This document shows positions 10,487 to 19,518 of a stretch of DNA of 64,000 bases, one piece after another; positions within the stretch are counted from its first letter, which is position 1; each line of letters begins with the position of its first letter. The stretch comes from an uncultured Candidatus Binatia bacterium (GTDB lineage: Bacteria; Desulfobacterota; Binatia; UBA9968; JAJDTQ01). The notes under the pieces were generated by a model. It saw nothing but the letters and a program-made list of their open reading frames with translations, was not told the DNA's origin and made no database searches. The stretch is taken from NCBI GenBank assembly GCA_965215605.1, contig OZ244070.1, forward strand, positions 3,895,973-3,959,972. The letters are read 5' to 3'. The translations under genes and the position numbers were made by a program.

Positions 10487-11167
10487 ATGCGTATCATTCT
10501 GGCGTCGACCTCGCCCCGCCGGCGGGATATTCTGGCCTTGCTCGGCCTCCCCTTCGAAGTCCGCCACCCCGATTTCCTGGAAACCACCCGGGAAGACCTC
10601 ACTCCCGAGGCCGAAGCGCTGGAACTGGCGCTGGGCAAGGCCCGCTCGGTGGCCTCCGGAGTAGCGGACGCGCTGGTGGTGGGAGGCGACACCCTGATCG
10701 CGTTGGGCGACGAGAAGATCGGCAAGCCCAGGGATACGCACGACGCCGAGTCCATCCTCCGCAGGCTCTCCGGGCGCCAGCATCGCATCCTCACCGGCGT
10801 GGCCCTTATCGACTCCGCCACGGGCCGGGAGTCCACCCGCCTGGAACGGGTGGAGATCCGCATGCGCGCCTCCACCGACGCGGAGATCGCCGGCTACGTG
10901 TCCGCCGGCGAATCCATGGACAAGGCGGGCGCCTATTCCATCCAGGGCCGCGGCCACCGGCTGATCGAGCGCCTCCGCGGCGACTATCTCGCCGCCGTGG
11001 GCCTGCCGTTGCGGCCCATCGGGGAGTACCTGCAAGACGCCGGCGTTGAAGTGCCGGAGGATGTCGCACGGCTCTACCGCGACAAGTCTCTGTGGACCTG
11101 GAGCCGGGTCCCCATCGCCCCGGACGAAGCCGTCAACTCAACCGCAACAGCACCATCCCGGCCATGA
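10487..11167 (+). CDS. maf: Maf family nucleoside triphosphate pyrophosphatase
   Basis: ILASTSPRR, GDT, GKP, DKAGAYSIQG, VGLP motifs. Confidence 0.92.
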   Translation: MRIILASTSPRRRDILALLGLPFEVRHPDFLETTREDLTPEAEALELALGKARSVASGVADALVVGGDTLIALGDEKIGKPRDTHDAESILRRLSGRQHRILTGVALIDSATGRESTRLERVEIRMRASTDAEIAGYVSAGESMDKAGAYSIQGRGHRLIERLRGDYLAAVGLPLRPIGEYLQDAGVEVPEDVARLYRDKSLWTWSRVPIAPDEAVNSTATAPSRP

Positions 11168-11996
11168 TGGTCAGGCTCCCGGGCAGGATCTCCCGCACCC
11201 GGGCGCGCTCGTTGAACACCAGCCAGCCCGCGGCCAGCGCGAAAAGGATCTCGGTCTGCTTCGCCGCCTCCACGTAGGAAGTGAGGGTCAGCTCGTAGGC
11301 CAGGCTGTGGCAGATGCTGGTGAGGGCGGCGCACAGTCCCATGGCCATGAACGCGCCGCCGTGGCGCGGGATGGCGCGGAAGTGGGCGGCGGAGCGGCGC
11401 ACGGCCAGGGGCAGGACCATGAGGGAGGCCGCCAGGTAGCCCGCCAGGTTGGCGAAGTAGACGTCGGAATGGAGAATCAGCAGCTTGATCAGCACCACCG
11501 ACGGCGCGTAGAAGAACGCCGCCGCGAGAGTGTAGCGAAGACCCCGGTCCACCAGCAGCTCGCGCAAGGGCGCCCAGACCGAGATGCGGCTCTTGTGGAC
11601 GTTGAGCAGATAGACGCCGATGACGCTCAGCAGCACGCCCGCCAGCCCCGCCGCCGACGGGGTCTCGTCCAGCGTCACATAGGCGATCAGCACCAGGAAG
11701 AGGAGGCTGAGCTTCCACAGCGAGGTGACGATGGCGATACCCGACAGCTTGAGGGCCTTGGAGAGGCTCAGGGTGGCGATGGACTGGGTCACGCCGAAGC
11801 CGACGACATAGAGCCAGAAGCCGTCCTTCAACTCGGGCATGCCGTGCCAGGCCGAGGCCAGGGCCACGAACGGCAACAGGAACGTGAACCGCCCCCAGAC
11901 GTTGATGATGTCGTCCAGCTCGTGCCCCAAGTGCTTCATGGAAATGTTCCGCAGCACCTGGAACAAGGCGGAGAGAAGCGACAGTACGAACCACAT
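11133..11996 (-). CDS. EamA/DMT family transporter
   Basis: About 10 hydrophobic segments in two repeats; 287 aa. Confidence 0.8.
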   Translation of the reverse strand: MWFVLSLLSALFQVLRNISMKHLGHELDDIINVWGRFTFLLPFVALASAWHGMPELKDGFWLYVVGFGVTQSIATLSLSKALKLSGIAIVTSLWKLSLLFLVLIAYVTLDETPSAAGLAGVLLSVIGVYLLNVHKSRISVWAPLRELLVDRGLRYTLAAAFFYAPSVVLIKLLILHSDVYFANLAGYLAASLMVLPLAVRRSAAHFRAIPRHGGAFMAMGLCAALTSICHSLAYELTLTSYVEAAKQTEILFALAAGWLVFNERARVREILPGSLTIMAGMVLLRLS

Positions 11997-12057
11997 GAGC
12001 AGGACAAGCTAACGGCTGCGAGGCGTGAATGCGAATGCGGCGGGGAACGCGGAACAG

Positions 12058-12087
12058 TTGACACTACGGAGCACGAAGGGCTATCAC
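12058..12087 (+). promoter_or_regulatory. Putative sigma70 promoter for the isochorismatase gene
   Basis: TTGACA (12058-12063), 18 nt spacer, TATCAC. Confidence 0.4.
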
Positions 12088-12118
12088 GTCTTCATTACAC
12101 TCGAAAGGGAGAATCTCG

Positions 12119-12823
12119 ATGGTTGACAAATTCGAAGATCATTGCTGGCAGGACATCATCAGCGACGAGATCATGGACATCTACAAGCCCTACCGGAGGG
12201 ACATCTACGTCGGCGAGCGGCCGGCACTGCTGGCCATCGACCTCTACAACCTGGCCTACCGGGGCGGTTCCCTGCCGGTGCACGAGGTGGTCAAGGAGTA
12301 CAAGAGCTCCTGCGGCGTAAACGCCTACGAGGCCATCGAGCCCACCAAGGAGCTCTTCGCCCTGGCCCGTGCCCAAGGACTGCCGATCTTCTACACCACC
12401 ACCGAGACGCGGAAAGAGGTGCAGCCCGCCGCGGTGCATGCCACCAACCGTCAGATAACCGGGATTGACCCGGACGACTTCGAGATATACAAGGACTTCG
12501 CGCCGGAGCCCGAGGACATCATCATCTACAAGGAACGGGCCAGCGGCTTCTACGGCACCCCGCTCATCGCCCACCTGACTCGGCTCGGCATCAGCTCCCT
12601 GATCGTGTGCGGCGAGAGCACCAGCGGCTGCGTCCGCGCCAGCGTGGTGGACGCCTATTCCAACGGCTACCACGTCTCCGTCGTCGAGGAATGCGTCTTC
12701 GACCGCAGCATCACCTCCCACAAGGTGAACCTGTTCGACCTGCACCACAAATACGCCGACGTCATGAAGCTGGCGGAGGTGAAGCAGCACTTCAACGAGC
12801 AGCCGCTCAAGAAGGCGGTATAG
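12119..12823 (+). CDS. Isochorismatase-family cysteine hydrolase (NicF/N-carbamoylsarcosine amidase-like)
   Basis: PALLAID (Asp), KERASGFYGT (Lys), GESTSGCVRASVVDA (Cys) triad. Confidence 0.9.
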   Translation: MVDKFEDHCWQDIISDEIMDIYKPYRRDIYVGERPALLAIDLYNLAYRGGSLPVHEVVKEYKSSCGVNAYEAIEPTKELFALARAQGLPIFYTTTETRKEVQPAAVHATNRQITGIDPDDFEIYKDFAPEPEDIIIYKERASGFYGTPLIAHLTRLGISSLIVCGESTSGCVRASVVDAYSNGYHVSVVEECVFDRSITSHKVNLFDLHHKYADVMKLAEVKQHFNEQPLKKAV

Positions 12824-12850
12824 GCGACCGTCTCATCGCCGGCAGATGGC

Positions 12851-12888
12851 AAAGGGGGCGCGGGATGATCATCCCGCGCCCCCTTTTT
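12851..12888. terminator. Bidirectional intrinsic terminator
   Basis: Perfect 36-bp palindrome AAAGGGGGCGCGGGATGA/TCATCCCGCGCCCCCTTT ending in a T run, between convergent genes. Confidence 0.85.
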
Positions 12889-12906
12889 GTCGGTCCCGCT
12901 TCCTCC

Positions 12907-12937
12907 CGTTATTCCCGCGAAAGCGGGAATCCAGGGG
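12907..12937. repeat. REP/dRS3-like palindromic element
   Basis: ATTCCC-GCGAAAGC-GGGAAT-CCA at 12911-12933; same family as the copies at 54136 and 59177. Confidence 0.8.
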
Positions 12938-12950
12938 CGGCGGGGTACGT

Positions 12951-14654
12951 CTATTGCATCGCCACCGGATCGCCCCAGGTCAACAGACGCCGGGCCGCGA
13001 AGGCGATCACGAGGGACACGGCGAGGAGCATGATCGAGAGGGCGTAGGCCTCTCCCACCTGCCCTTCCTGCCACGCGAACCAGATCATGGTGCTCACCAC
13101 GCGGTTGCCGGGGGTCGCCAGGAGCACCGCCGACGAGAGTTCCCGCAGGCTGTGAAGGGCCACCCACAGCCACAGGCTCACCAAGGCCGGCAACACGATG
13201 GGCACCACGACCTTGCGCAGGGTGACGACCAGGGAGGCGCCGCAGGTGTAGGAGGCCTCCTCCAGCTCCTTGTGCACCTGCACCTGGGCGGAGATCACCG
13301 CGCGCGAGCCGTAGGATATGTAGCGCGTGACGTGGGCGATGACGATGACCCAGATGGTCCCGTAGATGCCCACGGGTATCGAAAGGTACACCAGGATCAG
13401 CGCGAAGCCGATGATCACCGACGGGATGGCAATGGGCGCGAAGGTCAGCAGGTTCAGAATCTTTCCGGTCCTGCCGCCGGACCGCACGATGATCCAGCCC
13501 GACACCACGGCCAGCAGCGTCGTGGCGGTGGACGCGGCCACCACCAGCAGCGCCGTGTTCTTGAAGGCTCCAAGCGCGCCGTAGCCCGTCACCGCGTTGT
13601 AGTAGTGCTTGGTCGTCAACTGCGGGAGGAGGTCCCACGCGGGCGGCTGGTAGAAGGTCAGGAGGCTGCCCCACGCCAGCACCACCAGCGGGAACACGAT
13701 GGCCAGGCACATGTAGAGGAAAAAGAAGCCGGAGCCGGCCCACTTGGCCCGGCCCAGGTCGATGACCGCGGGGCGGTAGCCGCGGCCGGTGACCGTGGTG
13801 TATTTCTCGCCCGCGCCGAGGACCTTCAGGTAGAGGTAGACGAGCACGCCGCTCAGCACCAGCACGCTCATGGCCAGGGCGCTGGCCGTGCCGTACTCCG
13901 GCAGTTCCCCCATGGGCGGATGGATGGCCCAGAAGATCTTGGTGCTGAACACCAGGATCCCCGCCTGCATGCCGATGACGCCGGGTATCTCGAAGGCTTC
14001 GATGGAGATGATGAAGAACCAGATGAGGGCCGCGAAAAAAGCCGGATAGGTGAGCGGAAAGGTGACCCTGAGGAGCGTCATGAAGCGGCTGGCCCCGGCG
14101 ATCATGCTGGCCTCCTCGTAGGCCGGATCCATGTTGCGCAGCACCGGCACCAGCATGAGAAACACCGTGGGCACCATGGAGAGGCCCATGACGAAGGACA
14201 TGCCGTAGAGGGTGAAGACGTTGAGGGGCCCTTCCCCCTCCAGCCCCAGCAACGCCCGCAGGATCAGGTTGATGACGCCGATGCGCGGGTCCAGGAGCCG
14301 CTCCCATCCCAGCGCGGCGATCATGGGCGGCAGCGCCATGGGAATGAGGATCAGCCCGTACATGAGATGGCGCCCGGGCGCGTTGGTCCGCTCCACGAGC
14401 CACGCCAGCGGAACCGCGAAGGCGAACCCCGTCAGGATGGCGCCGGCCCCGAACAGCAGCGTGTTGAGTATGAGCTCGTAGGTGCCCGGGTCGACGTAGA
14501 TCTCGAGGTAGTGATAGAGGGAAAGCCCGCTGATCTCCGCCAGCGGCTCGCGCTGGAAAGAGAAGAAGATCACCAGGAACAGCGGCACCACCACGAGCCA
14601 AGCCACCGCTCCCAGGGTAAGCCAGCTGAAGACGTCCCGTTCGCTTACCCGCAT
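12951..14654 (-). CDS. ABC transporter permease, FbpB/ThiP type (two fused TM domains)
   Basis: Two EAA loops (YEEASMIAGAS, LEEASYTCGAS); start MRVSERD. Confidence 0.9.
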   Translation of the reverse strand: MRVSERDVFSWLTLGAVAWLVVVPLFLVIFFSFQREPLAEISGLSLYHYLEIYVDPGTYELILNTLLFGAGAILTGFAFAVPLAWLVERTNAPGRHLMYGLILIPMALPPMIAALGWERLLDPRIGVINLILRALLGLEGEGPLNVFTLYGMSFVMGLSMVPTVFLMLVPVLRNMDPAYEEASMIAGASRFMTLLRVTFPLTYPAFFAALIWFFIISIEAFEIPGVIGMQAGILVFSTKIFWAIHPPMGELPEYGTASALAMSVLVLSGVLVYLYLKVLGAGEKYTTVTGRGYRPAVIDLGRAKWAGSGFFFLYMCLAIVFPLVVLAWGSLLTFYQPPAWDLLPQLTTKHYYNAVTGYGALGAFKNTALLVVAASTATTLLAVVSGWIIVRSGGRTGKILNLLTFAPIAIPSVIIGFALILVYLSIPVGIYGTIWVIVIAHVTRYISYGSRAVISAQVQVHKELEEASYTCGASLVVTLRKVVVPIVLPALVSLWLWVALHSLRELSSAVLLATPGNRVVSTMIWFAWQEGQVGEAYALSIMLLAVSLVIAFAARRLLTWGDPVAMQ

Positions 14655-14701
14655 GTGCCAACCATGAAAGCCCGGGGCCGGACGTACCGGCCTCCAGTCA
14701 C

Positions 14702-15829
14702 CTATTGGAGATCGTAGAGCCTCGCGCTGTTGTCCCACAAGATCTTCCGCCTGGACGCATCGGCCAGCCCGTCGATCTTGAGGAAGCTCTCCACCGCTTC
14801 CGGCCAGCGCGAGTCGGAGTGCGGATAGTCCGTCGAGATCACGATGTTGTCGTCTCCGATCCGGCTCACCACGTCCGCCACCAGATCCTCCTCGACGTCC
14901 GTGGCGATGAAGCACTGGCGCAGGAAGTACTCGCTGGGATTCAGCGAAAGCGGCGTGTCGCAGAGGTCCTTGCGGAGTTCCCAGCGCTCGTCGAGACGGT
15001 AGAGGACCCACGGCAGCCAACTGCAGTTGCCCTCCAGGAACGCCACGCGCAGGCGGGGAAAACGCTCCAGCACCCCGCCGCCGCAGAAGCTCCCCACCGC
15101 CAGCATGAGCTCGACGGGATTGCGGTAGGCGTTCACCAGGATGCCTTCGTTGGGAAGGCCCTTGAAACGCTGCGCCACCTGGTCCATGCGGGGATTGGCC
15201 GCGGGGTGAAAACAGATGGGAACGTCCAGGCGTTCCGCCTCGCGCCACAAGGGGTCGAAACAATGCTCATGGATGTGCCGGCCGTTGGCCGGCTCGGGCA
15301 CCAGGCAGAGGCCGACCGCACCCCTCTCGGTGACCGCGCGACGGGTCTCGTCCACGGCCATGTCCACGTCGTGGAGCGTGATCAGCGCCGACGGCTTGAG
15401 CCTCTCCGTGCGCTCCTTGCAGAAGTCCGCCACCCAGTCGTTCCAGGCGCGGCACAGCGCGTTGGCGTACTCCGGCTCCAGCCGGTCGTCGCAGTGGAGC
15501 GGGAAGGTGCGGAACAGCACCGCCACGTCCAGACCCTCCACGTCCATGGCCTCCACCTGGGAGACGGCGTCGTAGTTCCGGGCCAGGGGCTTCGTGTAGC
15601 GGTGGGCGACCTTGTCCTCTCCGGGTGTCACGTTGGGGCGGGCCGTCAGTCCCGACGCCCGCACATGTGCGCCGTCGCCGAAGCTGAACTTGACCTGTCC
15701 ATGGCGCGTCCGCGGCTCCCCCCGGGGGATCCGGTCTCCCCATCGGGGATCCATGTACTTGAGATAGAGATCGTGCGGCTCGAACACATGCATGTCGCTA
15801 TCGAGGATCTTGAAACCGTTCCGCGCCAT
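14702..15829 (-). CDS. Amidohydrolase_2 family protein
   Basis: ILDSDMH, MDVEGLD, CFHP, FLEGNCSWLP, STDYPHSD, KILWDNSARLY. Confidence 0.92.
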   Translation of the reverse strand: MARNGFKILDSDMHVFEPHDLYLKYMDPRWGDRIPRGEPRTRHGQVKFSFGDGAHVRASGLTARPNVTPGEDKVAHRYTKPLARNYDAVSQVEAMDVEGLDVAVLFRTFPLHCDDRLEPEYANALCRAWNDWVADFCKERTERLKPSALITLHDVDMAVDETRRAVTERGAVGLCLVPEPANGRHIHEHCFDPLWREAERLDVPICFHPAANPRMDQVAQRFKGLPNEGILVNAYRNPVELMLAVGSFCGGGVLERFPRLRVAFLEGNCSWLPWVLYRLDERWELRKDLCDTPLSLNPSEYFLRQCFIATDVEEDLVADVVSRIGDDNIVISTDYPHSDSRWPEAVESFLKIDGLADASRRKILWDNSARLYDLQ

Positions 15830-15886
15830 GGTCAGGACTCCCTTGGGTTGGTGCGGCGGCCGGCCGCGGCCGGCTGCCGGTTACCA

Positions 15887-16909
15887 TTAGTGTCCGGTGA
15901 GGATCTTCCGGGCCTGCTTGCGCCACTTCTTGAGCTCCCTGGCTTCCTCCATGGTGGGAGCGTTCCAGACGAACTTGACGCCGGCCGCGCGCGCCATCTT
16001 GGCGGCGTCGGTCTGCGCGCTGGGCCCAAGCTGGCTCCGGAAGGAGGCTTTCTCCATGAGCGCCGACGCCTCGGGAGTGCCGAGATAGCCGGTCAGCAGC
16101 TTGGCCGCGTTGGGATTGCGCACCTTCTTCACCGCGATGGAGTAGAAGCGGGTCACCGACATGGGCGTGATCCAGACGAAGTCCAACGGCGCCTTGTCCT
16201 TGACCTTGGCCCTGAAGACGCGGTCGAACTGGATCAGCGCCAGCGGCGCCTGCCCCGCCACCAGGGCCTCCAGGGTCTGAGGTCCGCCGCGGGGCTGAAT
16301 GATGGGGTTCTGGGCCCTGAACTTCCGGGTATACTCCATCGTCTTCTCCAGCCCCCACGCCGGCACCAGGTCTCCGAACGGATATCCCCGCCCCACGACG
16401 ATGATCTTGCGGCCTTTCCACTTCGGGTCCAGCAGCCCCTCCCAGGTGGTGGGCACCTGGTCCCTGGAGACCAGCTTGGTGTTGAACCCCAGCACCCGGG
16501 TCAGGTCGAACCACGGCACCAGCCGTTCCCCGAACGAGATCTCGTTCTTGGCGATGCCGAACTCGTGATACGGAAACGGCGCCAGCAGGTCGGCCTTGAG
16601 CAGCCGCTCCGCCGACGTGGTGGTGGCCTGGGCCACCTCGTAGGTGGCCATGCCCACACGGGACTCGAGCTGTATCTTCGCCGACGCATCGGATCCCGTC
16701 GAAGGGATGTGGTTCACCTGGATACCCGGGAACCGTTTCATGAAGCCGTCGATCTGCGCCTTGAGCGCCACCGGCGGCGAGCCCGCGGCCAGCACCACCT
16801 GCCCTTCCTTCTTGGCCTTCTCGTAGAGGGCCTTGACGTTGTCCTGGGCGTAAGCGCCCGTGACCGCGGCGAGCGAAACAGAGACGATGAGCGCAATGAT
16901 CGGTTTCAT
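15887..16909 (-). CDS. ABC substrate-binding protein (Fe/thiamine/polyamine type)
   Basis: Signal peptide MKPIIALIVSVSLAAVTGAYA; LYEKAKKEGQV, PTTWEGLLDPKWKG, NPNAAKLL. Confidence 0.85.
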   Translation of the reverse strand: MKPIIALIVSVSLAAVTGAYAQDNVKALYEKAKKEGQVVLAAGSPPVALKAQIDGFMKRFPGIQVNHIPSTGSDASAKIQLESRVGMATYEVAQATTTSAERLLKADLLAPFPYHEFGIAKNEISFGERLVPWFDLTRVLGFNTKLVSRDQVPTTWEGLLDPKWKGRKIIVVGRGYPFGDLVPAWGLEKTMEYTRKFRAQNPIIQPRGGPQTLEALVAGQAPLALIQFDRVFRAKVKDKAPLDFVWITPMSVTRFYSIAVKKVRNPNAAKLLTGYLGTPEASALMEKASFRSQLGPSAQTDAAKMARAAGVKFVWNAPTMEEARELKKWRKQARKILTGH

Positions 16910-17026
16910 CCTGGCCCTCCTGCACTCCCTGACGTGCGTGGCACGTTGCCGAAAGATGGCCCGCGAATAACACGACGCGCGAAAGCCGGTCAAGGGCACC
17001 CTGTCCGCGCCGGACGCGTCAGGACA

Positions 17027-18208
17027 CTAGACCGTCCCCGCTTCCACCAGCCGTTCGACCCGTTCCTCGCTGAACCCCAACTCCCGCAGGATCTCGGCGG
17101 TGTGCTCCCCCAGCTCCGGCGGCAGCGCCGATACCTGGAACGGCGTGTCGCTCAGGTTAACGCCGCTTCTCACCGTGTGGATAGTGCCGTGCTTCGGGTG
17201 CTCCAGCTCCATGATCCGGTCGAGGTGCTTGACCTGGGGGTCCTCGAACACCTCGTCGAGGCGGTTGATGGGGGCGTGGGCCACGTCGTGTTGGCTCAAC
17301 GCGTCCAGCCAGTGCTGCCGGGGCCTGGTCTCCGCGATCTCCTGCAGCAGGTCCTTCAACTCGTCGTAATTGACCAGACGGTCCTCGCGGTCCTTGAAAC
17401 GGGGGTCTTCCGCGAGTTCCGGCCGTCCCAGGGCCTCGGCCATGCTCACGAAGAACTTGTTGAGGTGGGAGAGATGGATGACGAACGGGAGCCCGTCCCC
17501 GGCCAGCAACGCGTACACCCCGGCCGAACGTCCCCGGCTCTCCACGTTCGGAATGTCCCCGGTGGCGAAGTACTGGGTGATGCTGCGGCCGATGAACGCC
17601 ATGGAGGCCTCCATCAGGGAGGTCTCCACCTTCTGGCCCTTGCCCGTCTTCTCCCGCGCCATCAACGCCGTGAGGATACCGTAGCAGGCGAAGAGGCCGC
17701 CCAGGTGGTCGGAGAAGGCCAGACCCGGCGGATGGGGGGTCCTGGGGTCGATGATCTGGCTCAACAGGCCGCTGAGGCACTGTCCGAGGGTGTCGAACCC
17801 CGGCCTCTCCCGGTAAGGGCCGGTTTGGCCGAATGCCGAAATGCCACAATAGACGAGACGCGGGTTGAGTTCCCGGAGCCGCTCGCAACCCAGCTCCAGC
17901 CGGTCCATCACGCCGGGGCGGTAGTTCTCGATGACGACGTCGGCCCCTTCCGCCATGCGGAGAAAGATCTCCTTGCCTTCCGGATCGCGCAGGTTCAGGG
18001 TCATGCTGCGCTTGTTGCGGTTGTAGCTCTGGAACAGCGGACTGTACATGCGCGGCTCCTGGGCCCACTTCCGGAAGGGGTCGCCGCCGCTGGTGTTCTC
18101 GATCTTGACCACCGCCGCCCCCATGTCCGCCAGCAGCATGGCCGCGAACGGGCCGGCGATGTAGCTGCTGAGGTCGAGTATCCTGATGCCGTCAAGGGCT
18201 TGTGCCAT
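17027..18208 (-). CDS. Class III CoA transferase (CaiB/BaiF)
   Basis: LDGIRILDLS, GPFAAMLLADMGA, NRNKRS, ENYRPG, catalytic Asp in SDHLGG, PELGEHT. Confidence 0.93.
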   Translation of the reverse strand: MAQALDGIRILDLSSYIAGPFAAMLLADMGAAVVKIENTSGGDPFRKWAQEPRMYSPLFQSYNRNKRSMTLNLRDPEGKEIFLRMAEGADVVIENYRPGVMDRLELGCERLRELNPRLVYCGISAFGQTGPYRERPGFDTLGQCLSGLLSQIIDPRTPHPPGLAFSDHLGGLFACYGILTALMAREKTGKGQKVETSLMEASMAFIGRSITQYFATGDIPNVESRGRSAGVYALLAGDGLPFVIHLSHLNKFFVSMAEALGRPELAEDPRFKDREDRLVNYDELKDLLQEIAETRPRQHWLDALSQHDVAHAPINRLDEVFEDPQVKHLDRIMELEHPKHGTIHTVRSGVNLSDTPFQVSALPPELGEHTAEILRELGFSEERVERLVEAGTV

Positions 18209-18349
18209 TCGTGCGCTCCTCCTTCAAAGCTGCTGCCGTGGTCTCCTTTATAGGAACCCAACGGCGGCGGAGTCAAAGGCGCCTTGACTCGTGGGACCGC
18301 CAAAGGTATTCGGGTTGAGCAGCCAACGCCTCGGCGAAGGGAGACCCGG

Positions 18350-19486
18350 ATGAAGAACGGGCTGAAGATCATCGATTCCGACATGCACATCATGGAGCCG
18401 CCGGACCTCTGGGAAAACTACGTCGAGGCACCTTTCAAGCAGCATGCGCCGAGGGTGGTCAACGTCCCCAGCCGGGGCGACTTCAACCTGCTGCTGCTGG
18501 ACGGCAAGGAGCCGCGGGCCAAGAGCCCGTCCTTGGCCAACGACGCACGCATGATCGGCAAGCGGCGCGCGTCCACGCGCGAGGACGTCATCGGCTTCGC
18601 CCGGGACCAGGGCTTCAACGCCAAGTCCCAACTGGAGGCCATGGACATCGAGGGGCTCGACGTGGCGGTGCTGTTCCCCACCGCCTGCCTGCACATCATG
18701 ACCGTGCCGGACATGGACCCGCTCTTGGCGGAGGCCATCTGCCGGGCCTACAACAACTGGCTTTACGACTTCTGCCAGGAGGACCCGTCGCGGCTCAAGG
18801 GCGCCGCCATGCTGCCGCCCCACGACGTCTCGCTGGCGATGCGGGAGGCCCGGCGCGCGGCCAACGACCTGGGCTTCGTCACCGCCTTCCTGCGCGCCAC
18901 GCCGCTCCCCGGCGACACCTGGTTCGGCCTCTACTGGGAGCCCCTGTGGGCCGAGCTGGAGGAGCTGGGGATGCCGGTGGGATTCCACGAGTGCACCAAC
19001 TCGGGCTACTACCCCCACATCGAGCGCTTCGGCCAGAACAACCGCCTCATGCGCCACATCTGCAGCCACGTCACCGGACAGATGGTGACCATGGTGGACA
19101 TCATCGTCGGCGGCGTGCTCGAACGCTTCCCGGAGCTCAAGGTGGCGTTCCTGGAATGCAACTGTGGCTGGGCGCCGGCCTGGCTGAGCCGCATGGATAC
19201 CCACTGGAGCCAGCTGGGCGCCGCGGACGCGCCCATGCTCACCATGAAGCCCAGCGAGTACTTCAAGCGCCAGTGCGTCATCGGGTGCGAGGGCGAGGAA
19301 CGGGAGGTGGGGTCGGTGATCCAGTTGATGGGCGGCGACAACATCGTCTTCTCGTCCGACTATCCCCACAGCGACTCGGAGTTTCCCCACGCGGTGGACG
19401 CGTTCATGCAGCAGGAACTGCCCGTGGAGCACGCCCGCAAGATCCTGTGGGACAACTGCATCAAGTTCTACGGGATCGACGCTTAG
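18350..19486 (+). CDS. Amidohydrolase_2 family protein
   Basis: IIDSDMH, GFHE, FLECNCGW, SSDYPHSD, KILWDNC. Confidence 0.92.
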   Translation: MKNGLKIIDSDMHIMEPPDLWENYVEAPFKQHAPRVVNVPSRGDFNLLLLDGKEPRAKSPSLANDARMIGKRRASTREDVIGFARDQGFNAKSQLEAMDIEGLDVAVLFPTACLHIMTVPDMDPLLAEAICRAYNNWLYDFCQEDPSRLKGAAMLPPHDVSLAMREARRAANDLGFVTAFLRATPLPGDTWFGLYWEPLWAELEELGMPVGFHECTNSGYYPHIERFGQNNRLMRHICSHVTGQMVTMVDIIVGGVLERFPELKVAFLECNCGWAPAWLSRMDTHWSQLGAADAPMLTMKPSEYFKRQCVIGCEGEEREVGSVIQLMGGDNIVFSSDYPHSDSEFPHAVDAFMQQELPVEHARKILWDNCIKFYGIDA

Positions 19487-19518
19487 GCGGACACGACGCG
19501 CTCCCCGCACCTGATGCC

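Noticed and set aside
14705-18253. 1182-aa plus-strand ORF, and other long shadow ORFs such as 6214..8097, 45180..47102 and 48009..50579
   Set aside because: They lie antisense or out of frame to well-supported genes, have no recognisable motifs, and are expected in high-GC DNA where stop codons are scarce.
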